64,000 nucleotides of DNA from IMG/VR virus record IMGVR_UViG_3300034122_002094; one strand, 5' to 3'. How positions within the stretch are numbered: position 1 is the first letter of the stretch; every line of letters begins with the position of its first letter. The notes under the pieces are model-generated. The model saw nothing but the letters and a program-made list of their open reading frames with translations. It was not told the origin of the DNA and searched no databases. This document shows, in pieces, positions 25,751 through 36,450 of the stretch. The DNA is from a virus. Made by a program: the position numbers and the translations under genes.

Positions 25751-26186
25751 GCGGACCTCCTGAGCCGTGTTTGACAGCAAACATCGGAGTTCATTTATAT
25801 TTGTGGGCTGATGTACGGCGGGAGGGGGGCAGCGGAACTGGGGGAGGTGGTCTTCCTTTCAGTTCAATTATCACTTCAAGATACTGCCGCAGGCTGTTTC
25901 CCCGTCAAAACCGCATCGTAACTTTCCCTTTAACATCGCGAAAACCATGTCAAAACTGTCTTCAGAACGAGCCTCTGGTATATGCGCTCCACGAAGTGGA
26001 GTGCGTATACCCTTTTTTTCGTAGAAAAAAAGAATAGTTAATAGATATAATAGTGGGGCGGAGCCGTTCTATTAAATTTGTAAAGTCGCCCATAAGAAAA
26101 TGGGACGTTGGCGTTAGGCATCGAAGATAACGCAGTGAATGGTGCGTTTTATTTCCTCGGCATGAGACAATTATTTGACATGTCAC

Positions 26187-26630
26187 TGTGTACCGATGGC
26201 TCAGAGCCGCAACATAAACTAGCCGGTACACACCTATCGTTTTGATTTTACTACCGAAGAATTTTTTTGGCTTGAGGCGTGTACCGGGCGTGTGTCGACG
26301 TGCCCGGTACACGCCTATCGTTTTGTTTTATTTGATGTTTACAACACGAAGAAGGAGCGAGTACCGGGCATCACCCATGTTTCTTTATGGATCGAGTTTG
26401 TATATAGAAAGAAAGGCCTAACCCCCCGGTACACACCGCTCGACTCAGAGAATAATAGATTTGATCTCATACGTTTAAGTGTGTACCGGGTGCGCCGACA
26501 CACACCCGGTACACACTTGCGGAATCTTCGGGAGGTTCTCTCGCCATCATAAAGAAAACATTATATTTTACATTGATTTAAGTGTGTACCGGGCTGCGTT
26601 TGGAGTACCAGGATCGACCCCCGGTACACA
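26187..26630. repeat. Iteron-like GTGTACCGGG / CCCGGTACAC repeats in AT-rich DNA, putative replication origin
   Basis: About 10 copies in both orientations between divergent operons, upstream of a helicase. Confidence 0.65.
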
Positions 26631-26688
26631 GGAACAAGGGGCAGGCGCCCGCTGTTGGACAAGAAACCCAACGACCACGAGGTCAAAG

Positions 26689-27171
26689 ATGAGCGATGCC
26701 AATGACTGGGCCTTCATGCTGAAGGAGCCCACCATCTCTAAAGTGCAAGATCTTATTGTGATTTTGCAGTACGCAGTGTCCCTGTATCGCGATGACGCGA
26801 GCAACCCGATGAATGACCCGACCACCCTGTGCCTGATCGCCAGAAAGGCCAGGAAGGTGCGGTGGAACCACCCTCGTGTTAAATTTATTGATCTGCCATC
26901 TCACAGCGCAAGTCATGATCCTGGTGAAAGAAAAGCAACGATCGACTACTGGGTCACGACGATCCAGCGGTCGATTGACGAAGTTCTCAGTTGCCAGACC
27001 GACCGTGATGCGGCTATATGGCTGGAGCGTCGCATGAGCGACGAGGAACGACTGGAGCAGCTTGACCGATGGCAGGTCAGCGAGAAGAAGGTCGCCTCCA
27101 CGCTGAAGCGGATCGACGCCCTCGTATTACAGCGATACCTGCTAAACCATAATAAAAACAAGAATATCTAG
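26689..27171 (+). CDS. Hypothetical protein
   Basis: GAGGT SD; MSDANDWAF. Confidence 0.6.
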   Translation: MSDANDWAFMLKEPTISKVQDLIVILQYAVSLYRDDASNPMNDPTTLCLIARKARKVRWNHPRVKFIDLPSHSASHDPGERKATIDYWVTTIQRSIDEVLSCQTDRDAAIWLERRMSDEERLEQLDRWQVSEKKVASTLKRIDALVLQRYLLNHNKNKNI

Positions 27172-27178
27172 GAGCGCT

Positions 27179-28900
27179 ATGACATCCGAAGAGCCAATGA
27201 ACGACCGCCGCCTCGCGAAGCTCACCTCGATGTGGCACAAGGTCGGCCAGCCAACATCGACACCAGAAGGGATGATGAAGCTGCTGCTGCTCAAGGGCTC
27301 GCGTCAGAATGATCTCTATATCTGGGATGAGAAGCTTGAGACCTACATCTTCTGGGATGCCAAGGACGATCTTGAGGGGGCGCTCAACTCCTTCTGCCCC
27401 ACGATCTTCTACGGCGTGAAGTCATGGTACGAGGATGGCGGCTTTGGCATGTCGTTCAAAGAGGTCTCGACCCGCTTCATGACCCGCATGAAGAAGTTCA
27501 ACATGCAGATGATGAACTATGGCAGCCATGTCGATCTTGAGAATCGAATCGCAACAATCTCGGTGCTCGCGCCCCAGCGCTTCAAACCCAAAGAGCATCG
27601 CGACGTCGCCGAGTGGCTCTTGGCGCTGCTCGGGGATCAGCAGATCGAGTATGGCCTGAATTGGCTCGCGGGATCCGTTGATCTGAGCCGTCCCATCTGC
27701 GCCATCTATATCGCTGGCGCCCCCGACGTTGGCAAGAACCTGCTCGCAGCGGGCCTCTCTGCAATGTTTGGTGGGTTTGCAAACTGGAAAGAGGTGGCGC
27801 TCAACTTCCAGAGCATGATGGGTCAGACCCCGATGATCTGGGCGAACGAGAAGATGGAGAAGCCAAAGTTCGCCGATCTGCTCGACGTCATGCGAGATCT
27901 CATCGGCACTGATCAGATCAGCCTGGAAGAGAAGAACCGCCAGGTCTACAACCTCACAACCAACTACCGTCTCGTCATCACAGCCAACAACGAGCGGCTG
28001 GTCAAGGCGCTGGGCAGCTACAACACTGATGACTTGAACGCCGTCAAACAGCGTATCGGCTACATCCAGTGCTCTGAGAACGGCAGGCACTGTCTGGCAA
28101 AGCTCGCAGAGCAGCAGAGCCTCACGCTCAACGAGCTCACGACGAGCTTCGCCAAGTACAAGATTGCAGAGCACGTCCTCTGGCTCGCGAAGACGCGGGT
28201 GCTGCCCAACGCAGGCAATCAGCGCTTCATCGTCCGTGGCTGGCAGAACCAGGTCACAGACAGCCTGGAGTTCAAGTCGGGCAACATGCGCGCGCTGGCG
28301 CAGCTCATCTATCGTCTTCTGCGGACCCCAGGCGCAAGAGGCGTGATTCGGAAGCAAGGTCAGATCTGGGTCAACGTCGGCTGCTGTCAGGAAGAGTGGG
28401 ACCTGTACATGCCGAAGACGATCGCAAAGGGCGTCGACTGGCTCAAGATGTCGGAGATGGTCCAGATGGTTCAGGCCGAGAAGAAGCGGATGAGGCCACC
28501 AGTGCCAGACTCCGTCTCAGCGCGCAGCATCGCGGCTGTCAACTACTACCGTCTCAAGAGTGAGACGATCAAGATGATCCTGACCTGCAACGGATTTGAT
28601 GACGAGGAAGCCGAGGCGATCATCAACGACGTCGAGCTCGCAGAGGACGCTGATGTGGTGGCTGATCTTGCCCCTATCGAGGTCGGAGCAGTAGAGACGA
28701 TGGTGCGCGAGCCCGAGGAGATCGACATCGAGAACTGCCCGTTGGAGCAGCTCAAAGCTCACGTTGAGACTTTGAGAGCAGACCATGCTCAGGAGACCAA
28801 GTTCAGCAGCAAGGTCACAAAGAAAGCCCGGTATGACAGAGCAAACCTTGTCCTTGGTCAACGAACCAAGCTGGCAAAGATTCAGGCGGTGACAGGATGA
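27179..28900 (+). CDS. SF3-type replicative helicase (DUF5906/NrS-1-like)
   Basis: IYIAGAPDVGKN Walker A, IWANE Walker B, LVITANN, RIGYI. Confidence 0.75.
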   Translation: MTSEEPMNDRRLAKLTSMWHKVGQPTSTPEGMMKLLLLKGSRQNDLYIWDEKLETYIFWDAKDDLEGALNSFCPTIFYGVKSWYEDGGFGMSFKEVSTRFMTRMKKFNMQMMNYGSHVDLENRIATISVLAPQRFKPKEHRDVAEWLLALLGDQQIEYGLNWLAGSVDLSRPICAIYIAGAPDVGKNLLAAGLSAMFGGFANWKEVALNFQSMMGQTPMIWANEKMEKPKFADLLDVMRDLIGTDQISLEEKNRQVYNLTTNYRLVITANNERLVKALGSYNTDDLNAVKQRIGYIQCSENGRHCLAKLAEQQSLTLNELTTSFAKYKIAEHVLWLAKTRVLPNAGNQRFIVRGWQNQVTDSLEFKSGNMRALAQLIYRLLRTPGARGVIRKQGQIWVNVGCCQEEWDLYMPKTIAKGVDWLKMSEMVQMVQAEKKRMRPPVPDSVSARSIAAVNYYRLKSETIKMILTCNGFDDEEAEAIINDVELAEDADVVADLAPIEVGAVETMVREPEEIDIENCPLEQLKAHVETLRADHAQETKFSSKVTKKARYDRANLVLGQRTKLAKIQAVTG

Positions 28901-29340
28901 GAGTGACAGTGTTGAGTATGCCGCCCTCGCAGGTGGTGATGGATACCATCTGCGAGGTCATCGAGATGAAGATCGTGAAGGGCGGCAGCAAGTATGCAAG
29001 CCTTGGCCCGATGAGCTCTGACCAGCTCATCGAGAAAGTGTTCGTGGACGACATGCCCGATCCAGTACCCTGGACGAGCTTCTTCAAAGAGCACTTCAGC
29101 ACCTTCCAGACAGTGCTGACATCCCGTCAAATTATTGGCATGACACAAGAAGGACTCTTTTATGTTGCACCCGAGGCTCATGGGCGCTATATAGAGAGGG
29201 TCGTCAAGGTTGGCGAAGCTGAGCAGATCGAGTATGAGTATCTGCTGCGAACAGAAGAGCCAGCCGAGATCAGCAGCCATGAGCCTGCGCGCACGAGAGC
29301 GTGGCGCTGGTTTACAAAACTCATCAGGAAGAAGACATGA
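28897..29340 (+). CDS. Hypothetical protein
   Basis: Translationally coupled ORF. Confidence 0.55.
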   Translation: MRVTVLSMPPSQVVMDTICEVIEMKIVKGGSKYASLGPMSSDQLIEKVFVDDMPDPVPWTSFFKEHFSTFQTVLTSRQIIGMTQEGLFYVAPEAHGRYIERVVKVGEAEQIEYEYLLRTEEPAEISSHEPARTRAWRWFTKLIRKKT

Positions 29341-30275
29341 ACGAAATCAAGAACTACCATGCCCACATCTCGATGCTTCAAGACAAGCACGTCGATCAGC
29401 CGATCTTCAACGGCGGATATGTTCGTTACGTCGAGCACCACGGCTCAGACCAGCTCATCGCCAAGGCAGCCCGCACCTCGTTCGCCCGAGACGAGTACAA
29501 GGACGACGCCGCCAATGAAGGTCTCATCGACTACCTGGTCCGCAACCACCACGGCAGCCCGCTGGAGCTGCCAGGCATCACGGTTCAGATCAAGGTGCCG
29601 ATGCAGCTCAAGAACCAGCTCATCCGCCACAGGACAGCTCGTCTGAACGAGAGCAGCCTGCGCTACATCGAGCACGACGGCACGTTCTATGTGCCCGACT
29701 ACGACCAGTGCTGCCACCAGTCGTCGACCAAGAAGCAGGGATCTGGCGATGAGATGTCGCTGGAGATGGCGACTGCTGTGCAACAGATCATCATCGATCA
29801 GTGTGAGGCGGCCAACGCCACATACGCTCGTCTCCTGGCGCCGCCCTACAACATGGCCAAGGAGCAGGCTCGCGGCGTCCTGACGCTCAACCACTACGTC
29901 ACGATGGTCTGGCAGATGGACATTCGCAACATGCTCTGGCTGCTGCGACTGCGCCTCGATCACCATGCACAGGGACCGATCAGGCAGTTCGCTCGCCTGC
30001 TCGCCAACATCGTTGAGGATCTGTTCCCGATGACCTACAAGGCCTTCGACGAGCACATCCTCAATGGCATGACCCTGAGCAAGAGTGACATCCAGTATCT
30101 GGCTGATAACGACTGCAATATCAAGACGGCCCACCTGCGGATCCTGGAGGACATCAACCTGATGAAGACCTACAATCCCAACAAGCCAGTGCCTGGTGTG
30201 CTGCTGGAGCGGGCCGCCAAGTTTGAGCGCATCGTGATGCTGTGGCAGGATGGTCCAGCCGATGACGCTGACTGA
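29337..30275 (+). CDS. thyX: Flavin-dependent thymidylate synthase
   Basis: AARTS, HGSPLE, RHRTARLNESSLRY motif, EQAR, LRLDHHAQ. Confidence 0.95.
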   Translation: MNEIKNYHAHISMLQDKHVDQPIFNGGYVRYVEHHGSDQLIAKAARTSFARDEYKDDAANEGLIDYLVRNHHGSPLELPGITVQIKVPMQLKNQLIRHRTARLNESSLRYIEHDGTFYVPDYDQCCHQSSTKKQGSGDEMSLEMATAVQQIIIDQCEAANATYARLLAPPYNMAKEQARGVLTLNHYVTMVWQMDIRNMLWLLRLRLDHHAQGPIRQFARLLANIVEDLFPMTYKAFDEHILNGMTLSKSDIQYLADNDCNIKTAHLRILEDINLMKTYNPNKPVPGVLLERAAKFERIVMLWQDGPADDAD

Positions 30276-30489
30276 TAGCGAGGTCGTGGCGCTGGTCAAG
30301 ATGATCGGCGCCACGAACTTCGATGCGATCGTGCTCGTGTCTCAGAAGCTGCTCACGACGTATCCCAATCCAAATAAACGGCACGCCGTCTTTGTTGAAA
30401 AGCTGCTGACGATGTCAGCGCTGCACACCCAGTATATTCAGGATCGACAGTCCCTGTCGCCTGACGAGCTCGCCAGAAAATGGAGTTAA
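30262..30489 (+). CDS. Hypothetical protein
   Basis: Coupled small ORF. Confidence 0.45.
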   Translation: MTLTDSEVVALVKMIGATNFDAIVLVSQKLLTTYPNPNKRHAVFVEKLLTMSALHTQYIQDRQSLSPDELARKWS

Positions 30490-30494
30490 AAAAG

Positions 30495-31934
30495 ATGCGC
30501 AAGAAATTTGCGACCGACACGAATGTGCTGCTGCTCGATCCGGATGCGATCGAGCAGTTCGTTGGGAATGACGTCTACGTCTTCCTGAAGGTGATCGAGG
30601 AGTGTGACACCAAGAAGAAGGGTTCGACTGCGCTGGCACACGCTGCCCGCACAGTCACTCGCAAGTTCAAGGCATGGGCTCAGTCTGTCCCCTCGATCAA
30701 GGACAGCGTCGGCAATCCAGTGCCGATCGAGCTCCCTGGCGACATCCGTGTGTTCTTCTACGATGGTCGCCAGCCCCTGTGGCGAGATGGCCAGGCACTC
30801 TCTGAGCAGAGCGATCTGTCAGGCGACAACACGATCCTTGAGCAGCTCAACGCCCTGACCTCCCTTATCCGAGAGCAGACCCGCGACGAGGCGCGCGAGC
30901 AGATGAAGACATGGGACGGCTTCTATCCTGAGCCGATCCTCGTGACCAACGATGCGGCGCTCTACGTTCGCGCGAAGTGCCTGGGTTTCCAGGCTGAGGG
31001 CTATGAGAGCGGCAAGGCAAAGACGCCCGAGCTGTTCGAGCCCATCAAGCAGATGCCGCTAACCTTCGATCCGCATCCGCTCTTCGAGGGCCAGACGGTC
31101 TACTCTGACGACGTCAAGATCCTGAAGAACGAGTATGCGATGCTCGGTGGCGAGTCCGAGGGCGCGACCTCAGTTCTGATCAAGGGCGTTGGCAACGACC
31201 ACTTCGTCAAGACCCGCTTCTTCGAGAAGAAGAAGGTGTATGGCATCAAGCCGATCAACCGGGAGCAGAACTATGCGCTTGACGCGCTGCTCGATCCCAA
31301 CATCAAGATCGTCGCGCTGACCGGCAAGGCAGGCACTGGCAAGAACCTGCTGGCGCTGGCAGCAGCCCTCCAGCAGACCGTTGAGCCAGGTGCCATCTAC
31401 GACCGTGTGGTCGTATCGCGCACCCCGGTATCGACGGGCCGCGAGCTCGGCTACCTCCCTGGTGACATCGACGACAAGATGGCACCCTGGATGCGAGGTG
31501 TGCTTGATGCGGTAGAGCTGCTGCACAACTTGAGCGCTCCGAAGACCAAGGGCGGCAAGGATCCGGAGCACCGCACAGGCGCCAAGGTGTGGCAGGACCT
31601 CGTCGACATCGGCAAGGCTGCCATCGAGTCGCCCGAGCACATTCGTGGCGCGAGCATCGCTCAGACCATCTTCATCATCGACGAGGCTCAGAACATGACG
31701 CCTCACGAGATCAAGACGTTCATGAGCCGAATCTCAGAGGGCTCCAAGATCGTGTTCCTCGGCGACCCCTGGCAGATCGATAACGACTACCTCGACATCG
31801 AGAGCAACGGCTTGTCGGTGATGATCGACAGGGCCAAGCAGTCGCCAGCAGCTCGTGAGCTGTTCGCCCATGTGCATCTTGAGAAGACCGAGCGCAGCAA
31901 GGTCGCTGAGATCGCCGCAGACATCTTCAACTGA
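30495..31934 (+). CDS. phoH: PIN-PhoH protein
   Basis: DTNVLL PIN motif, GKAGTGK, LGYLPG, IIDEAQN, GDPWQID, ERS. Confidence 0.92.
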   Translation: MRKKFATDTNVLLLDPDAIEQFVGNDVYVFLKVIEECDTKKKGSTALAHAARTVTRKFKAWAQSVPSIKDSVGNPVPIELPGDIRVFFYDGRQPLWRDGQALSEQSDLSGDNTILEQLNALTSLIREQTRDEAREQMKTWDGFYPEPILVTNDAALYVRAKCLGFQAEGYESGKAKTPELFEPIKQMPLTFDPHPLFEGQTVYSDDVKILKNEYAMLGGESEGATSVLIKGVGNDHFVKTRFFEKKKVYGIKPINREQNYALDALLDPNIKIVALTGKAGTGKNLLALAAALQQTVEPGAIYDRVVVSRTPVSTGRELGYLPGDIDDKMAPWMRGVLDAVELLHNLSAPKTKGGKDPEHRTGAKVWQDLVDIGKAAIESPEHIRGASIAQTIFIIDEAQNMTPHEIKTFMSRISEGSKIVFLGDPWQIDNDYLDIESNGLSVMIDRAKQSPAARELFAHVHLEKTERSKVAEIAADIFN

Positions 31935-31942
31935 ACGGAGGA

Positions 31943-31962
31943 GCGGGGCCAAAAGCCCCGCT
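31943..31962. terminator. Hairpin/terminator
   Basis: GCGGGGC-CAAAA-GCCCCGC. Confidence 0.5.
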
Positions 31963-31970
31963 TAAAAAAT

Positions 31971-32576
31971 ATGGAATCACTGATCTCTATCGCTTCTCTT
32001 CGTGATGTCCGTGACCGCGAGCGAAAGCTCTGTCAAAAAAAACTTGACTTCGGCGAGTTTACGCAGACAGTGCTGCACGCCCTGGTCCTGGAGAAGATGT
32101 TCCAACCAGCCCTTGAGGATCCGTCGCCGGAGATCTACGACCTCCTGAGCGTTCAAGGGCCTCTGGTCGCAAGGATCTACTTCCAGCTCACGCGCGCCGA
32201 GGCCGTGGTCGGCTACCTCAATGCCATCAGCCTCGAAGGCGACTACGATCTGCTGCTGCATCCTGATGAGCGAGGTCTCATCCAGAGCGGAGAGCTACGT
32301 CTCAAGCCATGCGACGCTGTGACGCAGCTTGATATGCCCACCGAGTTTCTGATCAGTCGTGACGATCTGATCAACATGGTGTTCGACAGAGACGCTTATG
32401 AGCGTGTGCTGTTGGTGCTGGAGCAGCAGATGGAGACGAGGGCCGAGCAAAATCTAGTTGAGGCCCTGGCCGAGATCTGCGACGATAATTTTGATGAGTG
32501 GTACAGGCCTGACTACCTGCTGCTCGAATACAAGGATGAGAAACTGATCCTGCACTATGCAGAGGAGGCGGTATGA
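31971..32576 (+). CDS. Hypothetical protein
   Basis: ORF with phage-like codon usage. Confidence 0.6.
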   Translation: MESLISIASLRDVRDRERKLCQKKLDFGEFTQTVLHALVLEKMFQPALEDPSPEIYDLLSVQGPLVARIYFQLTRAEAVVGYLNAISLEGDYDLLLHPDERGLIQSGELRLKPCDAVTQLDMPTEFLISRDDLINMVFDRDAYERVLLVLEQQMETRAEQNLVEALAEICDDNFDEWYRPDYLLLEYKDEKLILHYAEEAV

Positions 32577-33271
32577 GTGGTGTAAAATTTGGCAACGCCC
32601 GCAAGGCTTGGTCGTTCTTCCCCGAGAAAGCTTCGCTGAAGCCGGGTGCTGCCCCAGCGCCTGTTCTGGCCAGCCGCAAGATCAAGATGGACAAGAAGAC
32701 CTGCGCGACGCTGATCGCCATCATCGACATCGCGGGACAGCGCGTGCTGAAGCGGACCGTCGACACTGGCGAGGCGCCCCTTGACCCCATCACGATGTTC
32801 GCCAACGAGATGATGTCGCTCATGCGCGATCATCAGCGACAAGGCAAGCGCTTTGTGATCGCGGCTGAGCACAAGAGCGATCATATCTCGGTCGATTGCA
32901 ACATGCCCGATGTCAACGGGATCGAGCGCGTCGCAAGCTCGGTGCTCCTTGATCTGAACGATGCCACAGCGATGATCTCGACAGGGCTGTGCTGTCTCTC
33001 CAGGGTTTATGGCCGACAAGCTGTGGCGAGCTTTGTTGGCGATGACAATGTAGACATGTTCCCGAGCGAGACCGATCTGGTGATGATCGCCAGCGAGACC
33101 GATGATCCCTATGACATCTTCGCTGACTTTGGTAGCGTGCTGCTGTTCGACGATCAGAACCTCGATGAGAACAACAAGCACTGGCTGTTTGAGGCGTACA
33201 CCGACGACAGCCTGGAGCCTGCTCCAGCGGCACCCGCAGCTCCGATCGCATATCGGAAGGACCGTGACTGA
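32573..33271 (+). CDS. Hypothetical protein
   Basis: GGAGG SD; ATGA coupling. Confidence 0.6.
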   Translation: MSGVKFGNARKAWSFFPEKASLKPGAAPAPVLASRKIKMDKKTCATLIAIIDIAGQRVLKRTVDTGEAPLDPITMFANEMMSLMRDHQRQGKRFVIAAEHKSDHISVDCNMPDVNGIERVASSVLLDLNDATAMISTGLCCLSRVYGRQAVASFVGDDNVDMFPSETDLVMIASETDDPYDIFADFGSVLLFDDQNLDENNKHWLFEAYTDDSLEPAPAAPAAPIAYRKDRD

Positions 33272-33849
33272 TGGTCTATGTAGTAGAAGCCCTTGATGTA
33301 TTTGGCTTCTCTCTGGGCCTGTGGAAGATCGGCTTCACAGGCACCTCCCCAGAGGGCCGCCTCGACACGATCCAGACTGGCAATCCCTGGCCTTGCCGCC
33401 TGATCGCTCTGTTCGACTGCCCCACAAAGCAAGACGAGGACGCGATTCACCGCTTCCTTGAGGGCTATCGCAGCCGAGAAGGAAGCGGCGAGTGGTTCGC
33501 CCTCAAGGTTCATGACTGGATCCATCTCGTGATCAGCAAGGTTGTCTTGCAGCGAGAGGTCAAGATGCGCCCGCTCGCCGAGATCTCGGGGCAGGCTGCC
33601 CAGGCGATCCAGGACAACATGCTCAAGGTGTACATCCAGCAGTTCTGGAGGACCGATCGGTCCAGCGCGTTCAACATCAACCTCGGCACGAAGTTCCAGG
33701 AGGTGTGGCGCCACTACTACCACTTCTGCGAGCAGTACGGCAACAAGCAGATGCAGGCCGACCAGTTCTTCAAGCAGCTCAGCAAAGCCAACATCGGCTT
33801 CAAGCTGGACTCCACAAACGACTACGTCTATAACATGCAGAAAAAATAA
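33271..33849 (+). CDS. T5orf172/MUG113 (GIY-YIG-like) domain protein
   Basis: VYVV..KIGFT..RL..IQTGNP..E..IH..GEWF. Confidence 0.8.
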   Translation: MVYVVEALDVFGFSLGLWKIGFTGTSPEGRLDTIQTGNPWPCRLIALFDCPTKQDEDAIHRFLEGYRSREGSGEWFALKVHDWIHLVISKVVLQREVKMRPLAEISGQAAQAIQDNMLKVYIQQFWRTDRSSAFNINLGTKFQEVWRHYYHFCEQYGNKQMQADQFFKQLSKANIGFKLDSTNDYVYNMQKK

Positions 33850-33850
33850 T

Positions 33851-34459
33851 ATGAATATCAAACAGTTTGCAAAAAAGATTGAGGACAGGCTAGCAGAATC
33901 CTTTGCCAAGGCCACAGAGATCAGCCACAGTCGCGCCTACCGCCGTGACTTTGTTTTGACTCAAGAGGAGACCCGAGCCTACATCGAAGAGTCCAAGTCG
34001 AACGACATGGATCCGGATGCAACGACAACAGCCAGGCTGGTCATCCAGCTCTTCGTGGAGAACCTGCCTTACAGGCAGCCGAAGATCGAGGACGTCAAGT
34101 TGGAGTGGCGAGTTGGCGTCATGTCTGATGGCCAGAAAGGCGCCTTTACGCACCTCTCACCATTGAAGGGCTTCATCCACTTCAAGCAAGACGGTGAGGT
34201 GGGCTTCTCGGTGACCACCGATAGCCTCGTTGACCAGCGGCCCAAGCGCGAGGTACTCTGGACGGGTCTCGATATTTTTAAGGCCCCAGCCTCAAAAATC
34301 GTTGACACGCTCCTCGAAAATATGCCATACATGACTTCTCGGCACAGAGAGATGTCGCTGCAAGCCGAGTACCTGCACCACCAGCAGCAGGTCGAACGCA
34401 TCATGTGGTTCGGCGCACCAGCGATCCAGATCGCGAGCGCGATCAACGCAAAGAGATAA
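33851..34459 (+). CDS. Hypothetical protein
   Basis: MNIKQFAKK start. Confidence 0.6.
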   Translation: MNIKQFAKKIEDRLAESFAKATEISHSRAYRRDFVLTQEETRAYIEESKSNDMDPDATTTARLVIQLFVENLPYRQPKIEDVKLEWRVGVMSDGQKGAFTHLSPLKGFIHFKQDGEVGFSVTTDSLVDQRPKREVLWTGLDIFKAPASKIVDTLLENMPYMTSRHREMSLQAEYLHHQQQVERIMWFGAPAIQIASAINAKR

Positions 34460-34468
34460 GGAGTCACC

Positions 34469-35278
34469 TTGACCGCAAAGTTCATCTTCCCTGATAAGCT
34501 ACTCGCTCAGTTCGAGGGCGTGTACAAGCGCACCAGGCATAGCACAACCCATATGGGCCTGCCCAGGCCGCCGTGTAGAGTCATCCTCGGCGAGGATAAG
34601 ATGGTCAGGACGTTCGTCTTCGTGGAGCTTCAGGCTGTCAAAAGCACTGGTGTGTTCCGCAAGTACAGAACGACAGGCCGTTCCATCAGCGTCGACTACG
34701 AAGTGCTGGAGACCCAGTATCCGGCAGACATCGAGATCAAGTTCCGAGCAAAGGATCTTGAGGAGCTGCTCACTGAGAGCCGAGAGAATGGCAACCTGTT
34801 CTCGGATCGCTGGGCAGTCGATCAAAAGATCGATGTCCAGAGCAGCGGGCGATCTGTCGAGGGCCGGTTTGACGTCGCCGATGAGCACAGCAAGACTGGC
34901 CTCCGGGAGAGGGCAGTGCTCTTTGAGGTGTTCGAGGAGAGCTTGCCAGCGAGTCGACTCGCTCGACTGGCCGATCCAGCTCATCTTGCGGAGTGGCGCA
35001 ACCTGATGATTGCGGCCAAGGCCGAACATGCTCGCAAGCTGATCACCTGGCTCGCTGAGCTCGGTGCGGTCCTCGCGACTGACGAAGAGATCGCTGAGTC
35101 GCTCGACCTCAAGGGGACTCAGAAGATGTTCAAGGATCTCAAGGAGTCACTGACCGATCCCAGAACAAGCGAGCAGCCACATACCAAGAGGTATAACGAG
35201 AGCCATTCTGCAAAGTCGTTGATGCAGAAGATCGAGAGATCGCTCGCGCAGCTCGACGGTTCGGCGTTCCCCATCTGA
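34469..35278 (+). CDS. Hypothetical protein
   Basis: AGGAG SD, TTG start. Confidence 0.6.
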   Translation: MTAKFIFPDKLLAQFEGVYKRTRHSTTHMGLPRPPCRVILGEDKMVRTFVFVELQAVKSTGVFRKYRTTGRSISVDYEVLETQYPADIEIKFRAKDLEELLTESRENGNLFSDRWAVDQKIDVQSSGRSVEGRFDVADEHSKTGLRERAVLFEVFEESLPASRLARLADPAHLAEWRNLMIAAKAEHARKLITWLAELGAVLATDEEIAESLDLKGTQKMFKDLKESLTDPRTSEQPHTKRYNESHSAKSLMQKIERSLAQLDGSAFPI

Positions 35279-35351
35279 GTCTCTCGAAATAAGAGAGACA
35301 CAGATTTTGTTAAAGCGACTCAGGCAATAAAGCCAAGCAAAGGAAGAGAAG

Positions 35352-35735
35352 ATGCAAGCAGAGAAGACGACAGAGCGCAAGGCATACAAGCAGAAGGATA
35401 AGGGCATCTACGAGCGCGTCGGCAAGACGCTCCAGCGCCAGCGTGAGCGACTGGGGCTGAAGGCGGCGCAGGTCGCCAACGATCGCATCTCGGCCACCAT
35501 CGTCGCCAAGATGGAGAAGGGCGAGGCCCTCACACTCGACAACCTGTCGACGATCGCTCGACAGCTCAAGACGAACCTCGCCTCGATCTTCGCTGAGGCC
35601 GATCAGATCCGCGAGCCCGAGCCCATCGCCGAGGAGGCCGAGGTCCCGACCGACGCTGAGCCGGATGCGTGCGCCGAGTGCGAGGGAGATGGCTGCCCTG
35701 CCTGCGATGACGACGGCGATCAGTTCGGTCGTTGA
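35352..35735 (+). CDS. XRE-family HTH regulator with acidic CxxC-tail
   Basis: LQRQRERLGL..QVA..IS..IVAKMEKG..TLDNL..IARQL. Confidence 0.75.
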   Translation: MQAEKTTERKAYKQKDKGIYERVGKTLQRQRERLGLKAAQVANDRISATIVAKMEKGEALTLDNLSTIARQLKTNLASIFAEADQIREPEPIAEEAEVPTDAEPDACAECEGDGCPACDDDGDQFGR

Positions 35736-35828
35736 TAAAATCGGTTGACAGCCGACGAGAGAACGGGTACACAAAAATCATCGCTTGACGGCGATGATTG
35801 CAACCCGAGTCTTGAATGAGAGGTCCTG

Positions 35829-36449
35829 ATGGCCGCCCAGACAAAGAGAGGGAGGCTGACAGGGCCTCTTCCTATTTTAGCAGATTGCGTAGGGCATGAT
35901 TCGAGCTGGCACTATGACTGGGGCGGCGAGATGGAGATGATCTGTCCCGACTCCAACATGCGGTTGATGCTCGGATGGTTCATCAAGGGGCGCAGGCAAC
36001 CAGTCGCGCTGGCGATCCTGACGGTTTGCCCGAGCATCACCCAGGTCCCGCTTGGCAGTGGCAGCCGTGAGCGCACCAAGGCGATCTTCCTCGATCTGTT
36101 CGAGTGTCACCCAAAGTACAGGGGCACTGGTGTGGCAGAGGCTTGCTTCAAGTCGCTGCTTGATGTCTACCCTGACCAGAACTTCATGCTCTACTCGGTG
36201 GACAGGGCCTTCCGCTTCTGGAAGCGTATGGGCTTCAGGCTTGTGTCAGAGGTGTCCAACGACGACTACGATCTGGTGATGCTGCTCAAGCGCTCCGAGC
36301 GCCCCCTGGATGTCAACGTCCAGCTCCCTGCATGGGATGGCGCATCACTCGCCATCGATCTCTACAACGAACAATCACAAAATTCTGTTGACAGTCTCAA
36401 TAAAAAGAGTACAACGTCACAAGGACAGCAAGTCCAACAAGGAGTATAG
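35829..36449 (+). CDS. GNAT acetyltransferase
   Basis: HPKYRGTGVA motif A; AFRFWKRMGF. Confidence 0.75.
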   Translation: MAAQTKRGRLTGPLPILADCVGHDSSWHYDWGGEMEMICPDSNMRLMLGWFIKGRRQPVALAILTVCPSITQVPLGSGSRERTKAIFLDLFECHPKYRGTGVAEACFKSLLDVYPDQNFMLYSVDRAFRFWKRMGFRLVSEVSNDDYDLVMLLKRSERPLDVNVQLPAWDGASLAIDLYNEQSQNSVDSLNKKSTTSQGQQVQQGV

Positions 36450-36450
36450 C

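Noticed and set aside
26187-26630. CRISPR array
   Set aside because: Short, irregularly spaced repeats in both orientations
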